NCBI GenBank assembly: GCA_951406725.2
Contig: OX597816.1
Location: 40,858,001 to 40,922,000, forward strand
Source of the DNA: Octopus vulgaris
Taxonomy: Eukaryota
Length of the DNA stretch: 64,000 nucleotides
Reading direction: 5' to 3'
Below the pieces are notes generated by a model that did not search any database, was not told where the DNA came from, and saw nothing but the letters and a program-made list of their open reading frames with translations. The translations under genes and the position numbers were made by a program. This document shows, piece by piece, positions 13,950 through 28,379 of the stretch (positions within the stretch are counted from its first letter, which is position 1; every line of letters begins with the position of its first letter).

Positions 13950-16243
13950 TTCCAGGGACTGCTGTTGCAAGATAATTAATAATGTGTCAATAATTTAAGA
14001 TTTTACCTTACAAAATACTTCCATGTAAGTGAATATAATATTTAAATTTTTTCATCTTTAATTTAAATATTTGTCGTGATTGAAGTATTTGATATTACCC
14101 ATCCACACCAAATTAATGGCAAGGAATTTTACCATGCTCACCATTGCACCATGGTTCACCAAAAGTTACAAACAACAAGACCCCAAAACCATCAGTTACC
14201 AGGCTCACCTTAAGTAAACTAGTTTTTGAGTTGGTGATAATAGCACTGACTGCTGCTAATCTAGATCTATCAATAATTATTCAATACAACAGTAATTATA
14301 AAAGCATATCAGATATATACAAGTCAAAATTACCTAAATCCCATTAATATGAATTTGATTTATGAAACATCCCTTTTAACTAATTTTGAAGTAAATTTAG
14401 AATATAAGCACTTTTAACCAATGCCTTTTCTGGACAGCCTTACTACATGCCCTCACGTCAGCCCATAGAGACACAGCCAAAAATGTGCATCTAAATTTAT
14501 CCCAATAAATTTAGATGCTCATACGTGAAGTATATAACACATTAATGAAATAGCCTGGCGAAATAATTTGCGAAAAAGTAAAGGAAAACAACTAAAAAGA
14601 AAAGCAATAAAAGCAGAAAACAAAAACCTGAAAGAGAAACTTAATAATAAAAGTTAAAGTTACTCTAATTCAGCATACTAAAAATAAAATAACTTAAAAA
14701 CACTAGAGGTAAAGTCCACCTCGGTGTAATTTGAACACAAAGACAGAAGAAACACGGTGTAGTTAAGTTTTCAGCCAACTCACCACATTAGACTGTAAGT
14801 ATTCATTTTAGTAATATATTCTTATCTGAACATTATTGATTGGGGCGTTACTTACTTCGTCATGCACGGACATGAAATTTCATGACATTTCACCTCATAA
14901 CTTTTTTTCTACTAATTTTTGTTCAACGCGACTAACGATTCTGAATTCCTTATGCATTATTCTATCATTTAAGCCTTAGAAAATTATACTTCTATTTAAT
15001 TTTTTTTTTAAATTATGTTAATTAAAGATGACTAAGTGCCTTACTGCCCCCCGTTAGACCTCATATATTTTGATGTAATTCTTTTCTACCGAACACAATC
15101 TCAAACTATTTTTGCCAAAGTGTAGGTGAGGCGGTGTCCTCTTTAAAACCGTTAACAAGTTGCAATTTAGTTGAGGACTGAATTAGTGGTCAAGCTTGCA
15201 ACCTGCTGCGATTGACGCAATGGTGGACTTAAGAATATATTCGACCACTACTGTGGTTGAATGACAAGGCAATCCTAACAATGCATAAGAACAGACTTGG
15301 TGGCTACATCGAGAATACCTTTTATCATAGACTTATTAGCTCTGTGTTGATCTATCAGGAACTGAAGAATAACAATTAAAGAAATCTTATTTTAAAAGCG
15401 AGCTGTCATAAGAATTCCCAAATTGAATTGTAATTTGTCTTACTCTGATTATATATTACACCCACTCTCTCTCTCTCCCTTCTCCCACTGATTACTTTAC
15501 TTTTATGAGAAGAGTCACCGTTTGCAATAAAATATCTCAAAGGAAGCTGTAGCGCCCTATTCAAGTCGTTTCAAAACTTGATGTTTGAGTTAGTGAGCGT
15601 CAGAGTAGTATTACGTAAATATTTAGACCGATGGACTGTAGTCGTGTCAAGAAGAGACCACTACTTGGAAACTTTTTCTACATTTTTATCTATGGAAATT
15701 TTTCTTCAACATTTGAGCATATGGTATTTGATTTTAACTAGATTTGAACGTTTACATCGATGATTTACATTGAAAATTAATACGAATACCAACCCTTTTT
15801 GAATGAGAAAACAACTCGTCTCTAAATCTGCAAGTATACCTGAGATTAGAAACGACTTGCTTCTTTTATTTTCTACTTATCCGATTGTCATTAGGAAGAT
15901 ACAGCCAGCGATTGCGTGATATGCTTGGCTTGGCCATCTCAACAAAGTTATTGATCCATTTTAGTTGATCTCTATTTAATGAATGTTTGTTTACAAAACT
16001 TATTGACTTTCCATCGGATTCTGAAATACGTGCAATAATCATTTCAGCTTGTTAACAGCACGTCTAGTTTGGGGATTAATTTGTAATAATTTTTGAAAGA
16101 GTATAAACAACTCGATAACTGACGCACTCATTGTAAATATATGAAACATTACAAAGAAACAGACGACTGATGTACTCATGTTACGTACATTCCTGGTTAA
16201 TCGGTAGGAGACATAAATAAAAGGATATATGGCCATAAATAAA

Positions 16244-16684
<441 letters not shown>

Positions 16685-16959
16685 CAAATTTACTCAGAAC
16701 GGCATTTTTGGCCAAGAGCTATCTTCGAAGACATTTGCACAAAGTGATGAGTAGTGATACTGAACACCAAGCAGCGTGATTGGAAAGAACTTTAACTATG
16801 GGAAATTCATCCACCCATAATGCACAGGATCAAAATTTGAAAACATCTCGATGTTAATTGGTAAATGCATACATATTCAGAAATGATACTTATATCCATG
16901 AAATAATTGTAACCTGTCTTTCTTCTAAGGGTACTACATAATTTAGTATTAAGTTGACA

Positions 16960-17920
16960 TTCCCTTTACCGTTTTTAATTCAGAAACTCTTTTTAGCATT
17001 GAACTGATGAGCTTTGTGATTGTCTCTTGTAGAATTTCCGCCCACTTTTCATGCAACAATCAAACAATTAATCTTTAGATTCGGGATTCTGTCGAGTGTT
17101 TCGTATAGCTCTATCTAGTATGGTCAAAAGATTTTCAATTGGGTTCATGTCAGGAGATTGGCTTGGCCAAGAAGCTTTTTGATCCCATTTTCAGTTAGCC
17201 ATTGTTGATTCCTTTTCGCTGTGTGGCATGGAGCCCCATCTTCCATGAATAAAAACTCATTTTTCGTTATGTTATCGTGTGAATACATCGGAAGTAGTCC
17301 TTGCATTAGGATTTCAATTTATTTTTCAGAGTTTATCGTTCCAACACATTCGATCAGCTCAGAACGACCATTGCTGGTGACAGCTCCTCATACCATTACA
17401 GAGATACCGCTATGTTTTTACAGTTGGTTGGAGTCGTTTCAAATCAAATTCTTGATTGGGAAGCCTCCAGACCCAAACATGTCCACTGTCTGAAAATAAA
17501 GCAAATCTCGATTCATCTGAGAAAATCACTCTATCCCAAAATGAACTGGATTTTTCTGATATCTCCTTAGCTCATTTCTTTCTTTTCATGATATTATTTG
17601 GTTGAAGGGGAGGTTTTCTTTTAGCTGCTCACCCATAGTACCCAAGCCTATGCAGATATGTAATAAACGTTCTTGGACTAACGTCTAGCTGTTTTGCAAT
17701 GCCAGACGCCTTTGAATGGGGTTTTTGCTTTCTGATATTTGAGACATGTTTCTTACTAATTCTGGGGTGCTGATTTCCAACGTGAATTCTATTTTGCTCT
17801 ATCACGTCAAGAATTTTCACAAACTCAGATGCCAATTTTCAACATTTCTGGCATTTTCACCAATTCTAAGAATAGATTTGACTTCATTAAACACGAACCC
17901 ATATATCGAGCTTGACATAA
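16960..17920 (-). pseudogene. Decayed Tc1-family DD34E transposase
   Basis: Minus-strand motifs [32 protein letters not shown] and WPSQSPDMNPIEN, broken by stops and frameshifts. Confidence 0.9.
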
Positions 17921-18299
17921 CTTTGAAAACCGTTTTTCCTTGTCATTTAAAGTAAGTTCAACCGTAAAAGTGAAAACAAAAGTCATGGTTTAAGTATCTT
18001 CAGTAAATAAAATGTAACAAACTTGAGAAGCTTACAGTCTTTTCACCTAACCAGTTTCAAATGTATTGATGAAGACAGGAATATCCTTTTTTTACAATTA
18101 GCCGGTTAGAAACAACATATTTTTATGGTCCTTGACACTATACATGTACCATATTCGCGGAATTTGCATGCAGATACACCCATGCTCTGCTTCTTTTAGT
18201 GTTAATAACATTGCAAACTAGATGAGACATGTTTTGTTGAACTTTGAATTGTTTCTTATGAAAATACGTATTTTGAATGTGCCCTTAACGTCGTGATTG

Positions 18300-19424
18300 T
18301 GAGGTCACTTGGGTCATGGTCACTTTTCGTCAAGTGAAAGTACTGTAAAAGGAATTTCATTGCATGTATGCTCTTTATGGAACTTTGCCATCACAAATCT
18401 TCATTTGCTTAGTTTATAACTTTTGACTATTCTGAAAGTGCTTTTTCTCAGGTGACAACCACTTGGAATATGTTTTCTATTTCAGAAATATTGCAACTTG
18501 TTGGAGAAGAGAATGTAAACACAGCCCCAATGTCTTCTTATTTTGGGATTAGGCAGTGAAACAAAATAACTGATTTTGTGAAGAACGCTTACTTTCTTTA
18601 CTTAATTTAGCATGAAATTAGGTGACAAGACAAAGCTTGGGCAACCCATATTGTGCGGAAAACATGAGTTGAAACACTGAGATAGTAACTACTTCAAATA
18701 CTTAAATTCAGTTAAGTGTGTTTGATGGGCCACTTATTATGTGGCTATTGCAGGATGAGCTATTTTGGAGGACAATGTCTGGCATTGAAAAAGAAGCATG
18801 GAATAATTTTGCTGCAGCTGTATCTCATTTCGTAGGAAACAAGAAGCCATCAGTCTATTAAGATCGTGTGCAGACTCTGTTAACCAGTTTTCAAGCACTG
18901 GGCTACAATATAAGTGTAAATGTGCATTTGCTGCACAGTCATTTGGACTACTTCCTTCAAACTCATAAGGCAATAATTGATGAGCAAGGAGAAAGACTAT
19001 GTATGAAGGCAGGTAGAGCACCAACATGATGCTGTCTACTGCTTGCGACTGCAAAGGGACTGTCATGATGCAATTTACTCACATAAAGCTGCAAAGAGGA
19101 AATTGATTACTTGAGTAGCTGAAACTCCACTTTGACAGAAATATCTATTCTGGGTAATTAAACATTTTGTGTAATATATATGTTAAACAATAAAACGTAC
19201 TCTTTGGTTTGTGCTAGTTTCTTATTTCAGTATTGCATTTAATGGCAAAATTGACATTTTTGGTAAAAAAAATTAATTCCTGTTTAAAAAAAAAAAAAAA
19301 AAAAAAAAAATTGGTGTGATAGAAAATTTCTCAAGGCATTTCTGAACTCATCACCATCAAATTAGATAGGACTAATTGTAAAAAGAAAGACAACTAAATT
19401 TTTTTTCAAAGATGTTCCCCAGTG
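18300..19424 (+). mobile_element. Decayed, internally deleted DNA transposon, Chapaev3-like (CMC)
   Basis: Peptide remnants KLGDKTKLG/W..HIV, VHLLHSHLDY and DEQGE. Right end ...CCCAGTG followed by TAA fits CAC..GTG termini with a TWA TSD. Left end not found. Confidence 0.6.
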
Positions 19425-21125
19425 TAATAGATAATACTTGACAAATATCGAAGTTTTTTTTCTGTTGCTCAATACAAATCAATTTGCGGTGAAAGTATAT
19501 AGTGAGTGTCAACTAATCTTTTTCCCTGTACTAATTTCATCCACAAGACTTGAGTAAACCTGAGGGTAAAGAAAAGTTACTTGCCACGATTGCCACTCAG
19601 ATAGATCGAACATGCGAGCTCAAATTTGGGAACTGACTTCTTAATCAATATTATATCTATCTTCATATTTACGTATCTTTGCTTGTGTGTATATAAGGAA
19701 GTGTGTTCGCGTGTTAGTACCTGTGTATGTAGCTGTTTTTATATAAAAGTATTATTGCAGCTAGGATTTCACATCAGGGGATTAAATGCCGTTAATTTTC
19801 ATATACATCTCTGTTCCTAGAATATTAGAGAACTGTTTATTAATTAGCTTTCGTTATTATATATTAAATATATATCATAATTAATCGTTTTGTAAGAAAT
19901 TGAAAGATATAATTATCGCAGCATTAACTAAAAATTTGTATACCTACCTCTCTACCTACCTACCTACCTACCTACCTACATACTTACATACAGACAGATA
20001 CATGTATATGTATGTCTATATATATTTGTGTGTATGTATGTATGTATGTATGTATGTATGTATGTATGTATGTATGTACATATCACTACCAATATGTGTA
20101 TATGTATTTATAATCACGCTCTGTTATTGAGTTATACGTTGTGTAATTACATGTAAATGAACTAACTTTTCCAAATAGTACAAATATTGCATAATATAAT
20201 TTCATATTCTGAAAATATTTCCCTTGGTCCCAAAATTAATTATCAGTTAATTTATTTGATAAAATTTCGAAATTACCATAAATGCATGTGAAATATAAAA
20301 CAGTAGCGAATACGTTGAGATGTTCTAGCTCTTCTGATGAGAAGAGAGATCGAAGAATGTTAATGAATTCTTGAAAATTTTATGGTTCAGCAAATTTTAT
20401 GCAAATTTTAACGAACAAATTAAACACTGGTTCATTTGAGACGAGTCACTAGTTTCAGTGTACAATCCTATTTATGGCAATTAAAGGCCATTAACAGGTT
20501 TGGCTACGTGTCTTTAATATAATTATAATAATGTATGAATCTATTTAAAAGTTTCGGAGTTCAGAATAATTTTAAAGCATAACCAAAGGGAAAAAAATGT
20601 CTAAATGACAACTAACATCAGGCTGGTTTTATAATGATCAGTTAATTTGAATGCTCTTAGGTTATAATAACGATAATATTTTCACAAATATTAGGAACAA
20701 CAACAACAACAAAAAAACATGTGTTTCAACCAATAATTAATACATTGAACTAATTGGTGAATTTAATGAAATTGGCAACATATTTTTCTTGTATTGATGT
20801 AAAACAATATAAAGAGGACATTTCAGTAACTGTATTATATTGCTACATGAAAGAAAATGGGGAGGAAACGTAAGGGATTTTGTTACCTTTCGTCATTTAT
20901 GCTTGCCTAGGCCAACAGTATGCAAACATGCTTACATACGTACATAGATGAATACGTATACATACATACATTCATACATACAAATATGCATACATAGAAA
21001 CATTAAGACTCCGTTGTTGAAATTCCAGCGAGGGAACTTGGGATCTAGATTAGAACCGGTTCCTTATTGGCAAGAAATTTTGAAATAAAATAAATAATGA
21101 CATACATGCATACATGCAAATATAC

Positions 21126-21203
<78 letters not shown>

Positions 21204-21288
21204 ATGTGTGTGTGTGTATAAATAAATAGATGACTGTATTTTCCCCTTGTTAACAATTAACACGGAAAAAATGTCTTATTGACGAGTT

Positions 21289-21388
21289 TCATTTCTTCAC
21301 TTCCTTGAAGAGAAGATTACATTCCTTTGGAATATTATCAGTGAAATCTTCGAAACATGTGTAGGAAGTAAAAGTATTTGAATTATAC
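21289..21388 (-). CDS. Possible terminal coding exon (YNSNTFTSYTCFEDFTDNIPKECNLLFKEVKK*)
   Basis: AG acceptor followed by 32 open codons to TGA. No homology recognised; link to the upstream exon chain is not established. Confidence 0.22.
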
Positions 21389-21402
21389 CTGCGTTAAACT
21401 CC

Positions 21403-21448
<46 letters not shown>

Positions 21449-22315
21449 TTATTGATGATGTAATTGCGTGGTATAACAACGTGCGTGGAATCAACGGGAT
21501 CCTTATCGGATTTGGTGCAAAAGCATTGCTCAAACAAATACAAATACGTTGGAATTAATGTAGGATTGATATGAAATGATTTTCGTTACAACACATATTT
21601 ATTCACTTTTGTTTTCTCATTTTAACTTTTCCATTCCTCGTTTTTTTTCCTGTGATTTCTCATAGAACAGCGTCCTTTTAATTTTGTCGTTTAAAACCAG
21701 CTATATGTATTTGAACTTGAAGGGTTCCTGGGAAACATTGTGTGATATAAAAACCTGCAGAAATATTGTGTATTAGGCTATATTTTAATACTGTGTATAT
21801 GTAAGGTTAGTTATCTCTTATTGGCTGGAGTACCTTTTGGTGATACTGAATAAACTACACGCAAACACACACACACACAAGGATAAAAACACATTCAATC
21901 ATGACACTCGAAGCACCTCACATACAGTTATGAAGAATACCGTCTAGATATTGCAATGGAAAACTCTTTTGTATAGAAAGCTGACTGTGAGACTCGAATC
22001 CACATCTCCTGTAAACACGACAGGCATTCCACCATTGGATAAAGCAATAATTCAAATTTCTGAGTTCATTCTCGAAGCTTCTTTCTTGGCAGCGGAAACT
22101 GTATGTTTTTAACATATATATAAACGTTTGAAAGATGGTTTAATTATATTTTGTAATAATTGTTCTCGGAGCACAACAGATGTAGCTATAAAGAACAGTA
22201 TGTAAATATTTGATTGAAAAACTATTTGGGCTTGAAACGTTGATTGACTTAGAGAATTATTCATCTCAAACAGAATTATTTCCTCAGAAACAGTTTTAAA
22301 ATTCTTCTGGTGTCA

Positions 22316-23400
22316 ACAATATATGGACAAAATTACGGAAACAGCATCATAGCATCATAATTTTGAAATATCTATATAACAGCCAAAAGCTAGCATATTT
22401 TTATGTTTTTTGATTTATTATTAGTGTCGCTTAATATGTCTTGCTAAAATTGTTGTTATGTTTCAGATATCATCAGAAAAAGGTAATTAAAATTCGTTAA
22501 ACTGACAGATCTATCGAACTTTCAAAGAGGTCAAATTCTTGGGGCTCGTATGACAGGCGCTATTGTTACGAAAACAGCCGAAATGTTCGGTGTATCAAGA
22601 ACTACTGTCTCCAAAGTAATGACAACCTCTGAGAAAGAGGGAAAAACCTCATCGTCGAAAAAAAACTCCGGAAGAAAACCAAAATTTTCAGATAAGAACC
22701 ACGAAAATCTTACGCGAATTGTTAGAAAAGCTCACGAAAGTACAGCTACCAACATTACCGTAAAACCTTAAGATCACCTCGAGAACCCAGTTTCCACAAA
22801 ACCCGTTCGCCGGGTGGTGAACAAACCCGAATTTCATGTGAGGGCTGCAATCAGAAAACCACTTCTTTCAAAAACAAACATTGCAATGCGTATAGAGTGG
22901 AGTAAAAACCTACAGAATTGGTCCCTAGATCAGCGGATCAATGTTATATTCTCGGATGAGTTATCCTTCACCTTATCTCCGACCACCGGCCGAGTATATA
23001 TGTGGAGACAGCCAAAAGAAGCATTTGACTCAGACTGTCTGTTAAACATGGAGGTGGATCTGTAATGATCTGGGGGGGATCTATATATTTGGAATTTCAC
23101 CGGCCGAATAGTTTCTCTACGTTGCAGAATTAATAGTCAAGACTATTTAAGCATTTTATCTAATTAAATTCATCATATAATTGCGGAACTGCTTCCTGAG
23201 GGAAATGCAATCTTTCAGGATGATAATGTACCAATTCACACAGATAAAGTTGCTACAAGAACTGGAGACTGTTTTAGATGAAGCGTGGACAAAAATACAT
23301 TTGGAAGCAATTCAAATATTGTACGAGCCCATACCATATAGAATTCAAGCTGTAATTAGTGCCAACGGCAGTCCTAGCCTGTATTGAAATAAATCTGTTT
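22316..23400 (+). pseudogene. Decayed Tc1-family transposon
   Basis: DLSNFQRGQILGARMTGA..TAEMFGVSRTTVSKV (HTH), AAIRKPLLS, VIFSDE and FQDDNVPIH. The SPDLNPIE region is deleted. Confidence 0.92.
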
Positions 23401-23424
23401 AAAATTTTAAGGTATTTTTATTAT

Positions 23425-23563
23425 TTTGGAGACAGTACTTCTTGATACACCGAACATTTCGGCTGTTTTCGTTACAATAGCGCCTGTCATACGAGACCCA
23501 ACAATTTGACCTCTTTGAAAGTTCGATAGATCTGTCAGTATAACGAATTATAATTACCTTTTC
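23425..23563 (-). repeat. Inverted duplicate of the Tc1 5' coding segment 22478..22616
   Basis: CTTGATACACCGAACATTTCGGCTGTTTTCG...TTTGACCTCTTTGAAAGTTCGATAGATCTGTCAG is the reverse complement of the earlier segment. Confidence 0.92.
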
Positions 23564-23655
23564 TCTCTCTCTATATATATATATTTTATCGCTACATATA
23601 TATAAAGACATAGCTACATACATATATCTATACATAACTATGCACAATACACTCA

Positions 23656-23714
<59 letters not shown>

Positions 23715-23762
23715 AACTTACTTGGAAATGGAAGTGTGGCCTTCAGTCATATAACAATATAA

Positions 23763-23829
<67 letters not shown>

Positions 23830-23976
23830 AAAAGCAATAAAGATTCAAGTTAATTTAAATGAATTTACTTGAATATGGTACCTAACTTAGATGCACCAAA
23901 AAAAACTATACTGATTTAACAATACAGTAATGTGGGGTGATTATAAGCGAGAATGAAGCAACAAGAATGGATAGGT

Positions 23977-24067
23977 TTTTAGTACAATCGTTTCATACAA
24001 GGACAGGTTTTATTAAAAGTTGCAAAAATTACAGCATATAAACGTGTCCCGTACTCATCAGCTAAAA
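23977..24067 (-). ncRNA. Mirror copy of the hammerhead in the left palindrome arm
   Basis: Reverse complement of 24608..24698. Confidence 0.82.
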
Positions 24068-24607
24068 TACATGTGAGTTCTCTAGACATCCTAGTGGTTG
24101 AGGCTATACTCATGAAGTAATGTAGATAATTAAGTAACATAAACAGATTTCAAAAGTTCATTAAAGTTCTTTAAAGATGATGTACAGTCTTATCACAGAA
24201 TTTTAAAAAAAGTCTTAATAGCATCACAGAGAAGGTGACCCAATCCATAGTGCACATATGAATTTCCAGAGATATGATGAGGGATTACATACTCACAGAA
24301 GGCAAATTTATCCATTGTTAATTACATTGTTAATTGAAACCCACCTCGTTGTAATTAACAATGGATAAATTTGCCTTCTGTGAGTATGTAATCCCTCATC
24401 ATATCTCTGGAAATTCATATGTGCACTATGGATTGGGTCACCTTCTCTGTGATGCTATTAAGACTTTTTTAAAATTCTGTGATAAGACTGTACATCATCT
24501 TTAAAGAACTTTAATGAACTTTTGAAATCTGTTTATGTTACTTAATTATCTATATTACTTCATGAGTATAGCCTCAACCACTAGGATGTCTAGAGAACTC
24601 ACATGTA

Positions 24608-24698
24608 TTTTAGCTGATGAGTACGGGACACGTTTATATGCTGTAATTTTTGCAACTTTTAATAAAACCTGTCCTTGTATGAAACGATTGTACTAAAA
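24608..24698 (+). ncRNA. Type I hammerhead ribozyme motif with extended stem II
   Basis: Stem I TTTTAG/CTAAAA; core CTGATGA (24614..24620); stem II GTACGGGACA/TGTCCTTGTAT; GAAA; stem III AC-gatt-GT; GUA site with predicted cut after 24692. Confidence 0.82.
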
Positions 24699-24807
24699 AC
24701 CTATCCATTCTTGTTGCTTCATTCTCGCTTATATATATATACATATATACATACATGCATATATATGTATATATTTGCCTATATGTGTACAGGATGTCAC
24801 AAAACGA

Positions 24808-25522
24808 AAACAACATGAAATACGAAGACAAACATGAGTATGCAATAAGAGAAACAAATGGAAAGCAAGACAAGGAACATAAAGAACGACCATTCATCAG
24901 TTGTTGACTGTCCATCTTCGCCTCAACGCGAGCATTTAACAATATGAGGCTTCGAAAGGCTGTTGCTCCCGCGAACCAAAATAAAATTTGGGATTTGCGA
25001 AAAGTCAATGCTGGTAACAAAAACAGAACAGTGGAGACATACAAGAGGCCAAACGAAAACAAGCAAGAAGGGTCATCAGGCCAGACAAGGTAAGGTAACG
25101 AACGCTGGAGAAATATTGTTTTTGACAAGATAAATGATAGAAGAGGAGACGGATAACAATGCGTCTGTCTTTGCGACAGACTGAAAGAAAAGAGAAATGA
25201 TCATGTGAGGAAAAGAAAGATGGACGATGGTAACGTGTGAGCAATGAGAGGGAATAAAGGAGAAAGAGAGAGAGAGAGAGAGAGAGAGAAAATGGTGAGA
25301 ATGGGAACAACTATGACCCTCCGCAAATCCCAAATTTTACATTGTTTCGCGGGAGCAACTACGTTTGGAAACCTCATACTGTTGTTAAATGCTCGAAATG
25401 AGGAGTAGATGGACAGCAGACAACTGATGAAGCGTCGTTCTTTATGTTACTTGTCTTGTTTTCCATTTGCTTCTCTCGTTGTTTGCATATCCATGTATGT
25501 CTTCGGATTTCACATTGTTTTC
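24808..25522. repeat. Diverged inverted pair of one repeat family (24808..25007 versus 25314..25522)
   Basis: TAAAATTTGGGATTTGCG / CGCAAATCCCAAATTTTA and AACATAAAGAACGAC..TTCATCAGTTG / CAACTGATGAA..GTCGTTCTTTATGTT. Confidence 0.85.
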
Positions 25523-25593
25523 AAGCAGAACCGAAACATAAAATTTCTAAGAAAATTAAAATTGATCGTTTTATAGTGGCGTTTTCAAACTTC

Positions 25594-25642
<49 letters not shown>

Positions 25643-25698
25643 GTATGCGTGTATATGTATATGTATGTATGTATATATATATATGTGTATATATGTAA

Positions 25699-25795
<97 letters not shown>

Positions 25796-26656
25796 CAGTT
25801 ATTCAGTAAAATCTAGCAATTCTTATTTCTGATCAGAGAGGAGATCAGTATTCTCGTCAACTATAACTTTCATTACAAGTAAGACTCGGCAGCAATTTAG
25901 GGCAAACCTTATTTTCATTTTACACTGCACTATGATCACTGTTTTACCATCGGAAACTGTTTTCTACTAATGATATTCGCATGAAAATAGAAGTGTGAAA
26001 TCAGTTTTGACTTAATGTAATGAAAATACGTATTTCGATTTTTTTTTTTATAATTCCCATTTTTATAAAGAAGGTAAAATATAATCGCAATGCAATACTT
26101 TAAGCGTACATATTTGGGTAATATTATAGTTCCTCGCAGCATAACTTGTTTTGTTGATAGTGGTAGCACACTACTAAGCCAATGTTTAACTATTGCAACG
26201 ATCATGTAGCAGAGCATGAGGCAGATATGTTGCCCTCAAACTGAAGCGCCTGTGATCAGAAATACAAAGCACAGGAAGAACAGGAAGAGAGATTAACACA
26301 ATTATTGCAACAGCTAAAAACAATTTAAAGCGTACTGTAGGAAATTACTTTAAGTGAATACGCGCATAATATAATTAAATTCATTACAACTATTAAGCAG
26401 ACAGTTTAACGTTAATACCTAAACTTCAGGTGGATCCTAACCTTTTTCAGTCTCAAGGCCCATTTTAAAGAGGTGCGATTTTACAAAGGTCTCGTTTGTA
26501 TATTCTTTTGCAATAGCTAAATAAATAAAACATCATTATTTTAGTATACACTGACGCGGATAAATACGTTAAGTTTAATTTTTATAGAAATTACGACATA
26601 GAGTGCAGGACCTAAATATTGAGATTATCTTGGTTATTGGAGCATTAGTATTGAAA

Positions 26657-26900
26657 GTGGAGGTGCTTGATTAGTGGTTCGAGTGTTGGGCTCATCATCG
26701 TAAGATTGAGGTTTCGATTACTGTATTGGGAGATGCGTAGTGCTCTTGAGCAAAACATTTCATTTTGCGTTGCTCCAGTACATTCATCGCAAAAATGAGT
26801 AATCTTGCGATGAACCGGCGTCCCGCCAGGTGGGGTATTTTTACGTAATGGAAACCGGAAATGGCTTTTAAGAGTCAGCATGACTCGGGAAGATAACATT
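26657..26900 (+). mobile_element. Old tRNA-headed SINE with CORE-like body
   Basis: TAGTGGTT...GGTTTCGATT boxes, then CTTGAGCAAAACATTTCAT...TTGCTCCAGT. Related copies at 31845 and 49341. Confidence 0.7.
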
Positions 26901-27590
26901 TACTTTACTGTACACCAACGTTCATCATAGCGCATTGATAACATAATACTGATTTGATTTCTAATCACGACGTATGTTATGCAAAAAATATTTCATAGAA
27001 AAATATGCTTAAACTGAAAATATTGTACGTGGTCATAATTTTATTTATTCCAAAGCAAAGATAAAACCTCTCGGATACAGTGACTCCCTCATCGTAAGAT
27101 ATAATTACATATAATAAAAGAAATATCATTTTGGCATATACAATTCAAACGATTACACAATTGACTGGCGAGCTACATGTACGGCAATGTATTCCCTTCT
27201 CAACATCAATCTTCAACTCTTATAAGTTTTATAAGTTTCTGTTACTTAAATTGGAAACATTATATTTATTCCTATTTTCACATGATTTGTATCAAATATA
27301 TGATAGTATTTATTGCATTTGATGCTTTTGTGCGTTTTTCGTTTGAAACAAGTGATGGAAAATTTTCTACACCTCGTATACTTCTTTTCTACACATTTCT
27401 GTATTTCCTGATCTCAGTCTCACTTTAAATATATATATATATATATACGTATATGTGTGCGTGTGTGTTTGTGTGTGTACTAATGTGCGAGTGCACTCGT
27501 GCGCGCGTGCATGTGTGTATAGTGTGTACTCACAGGCGCTTGCACGCTTCTATGGCGTATGGATATACGTGATGTATGTATGCTTTTGGG

Positions 27591-27623
<33 letters not shown>

Positions 27624-27669
27624 GTATACATATGCGTGTGTATGTGTATATACACATGTACATATATAG

Positions 27670-27709
<40 letters not shown>

Positions 27710-27776
27710 AATATATATATATGTATATATACTTACATTTGTATATAAAGGTATATGTACATATATATGCATATAT

Positions 27777-27819
<43 letters not shown>

Positions 27820-27986
27820 CACATACATATATATAAATATATCTGCATACATACATACATGCATACATACATAAATATACATGCTCATAATCACACTAAC
27901 ATTTCATCAGACGTATTAATGAACTACAAGTTCTGATGTCTTTCATGAAAGGAAATTAATACAGGTTGTAAAAGTTTTTAGCTTAC

Positions 27987-28293
27987 GGGAGAGCGTGATG
28001 TCTGGTCTTGACATGACGTTTCTTCTTGTTTTATAATTTCAAGTGATCTGACGTCACTTTCTGACTTTTCTCTTTTTCTGTGAAAATGAATGATTTAAAT
28101 AAATGCTACTGTGTCGTTGCTGAAAGTTCCACGTACACGCATAGGCACGCACGCATACATACAAACACACACAAACACAAACAAACGGACAGACACACAC
28201 ACATATATACATGCACATATATATATATATATAGATAGATACATATACATACATACACATATGTAGTCTACGTATATATTTGCGTGTTTATAT

Positions 28294-28379
<86 letters not shown>

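Larger units (their letters stand above)
23942..24733. repeat. Near-perfect palindrome: arms 23942..24326 and 24350..24733, 23-nt spacer
   Basis: Comparison by eye finds only one substitution and one homopolymer indel over about 385 bp. Confidence 0.97.

Noticed and set aside
20330-20356. CTGATGAG...CGAAG hammerhead-like string
   Set aside because: No stem II, no GAAA and no stem I pairing.
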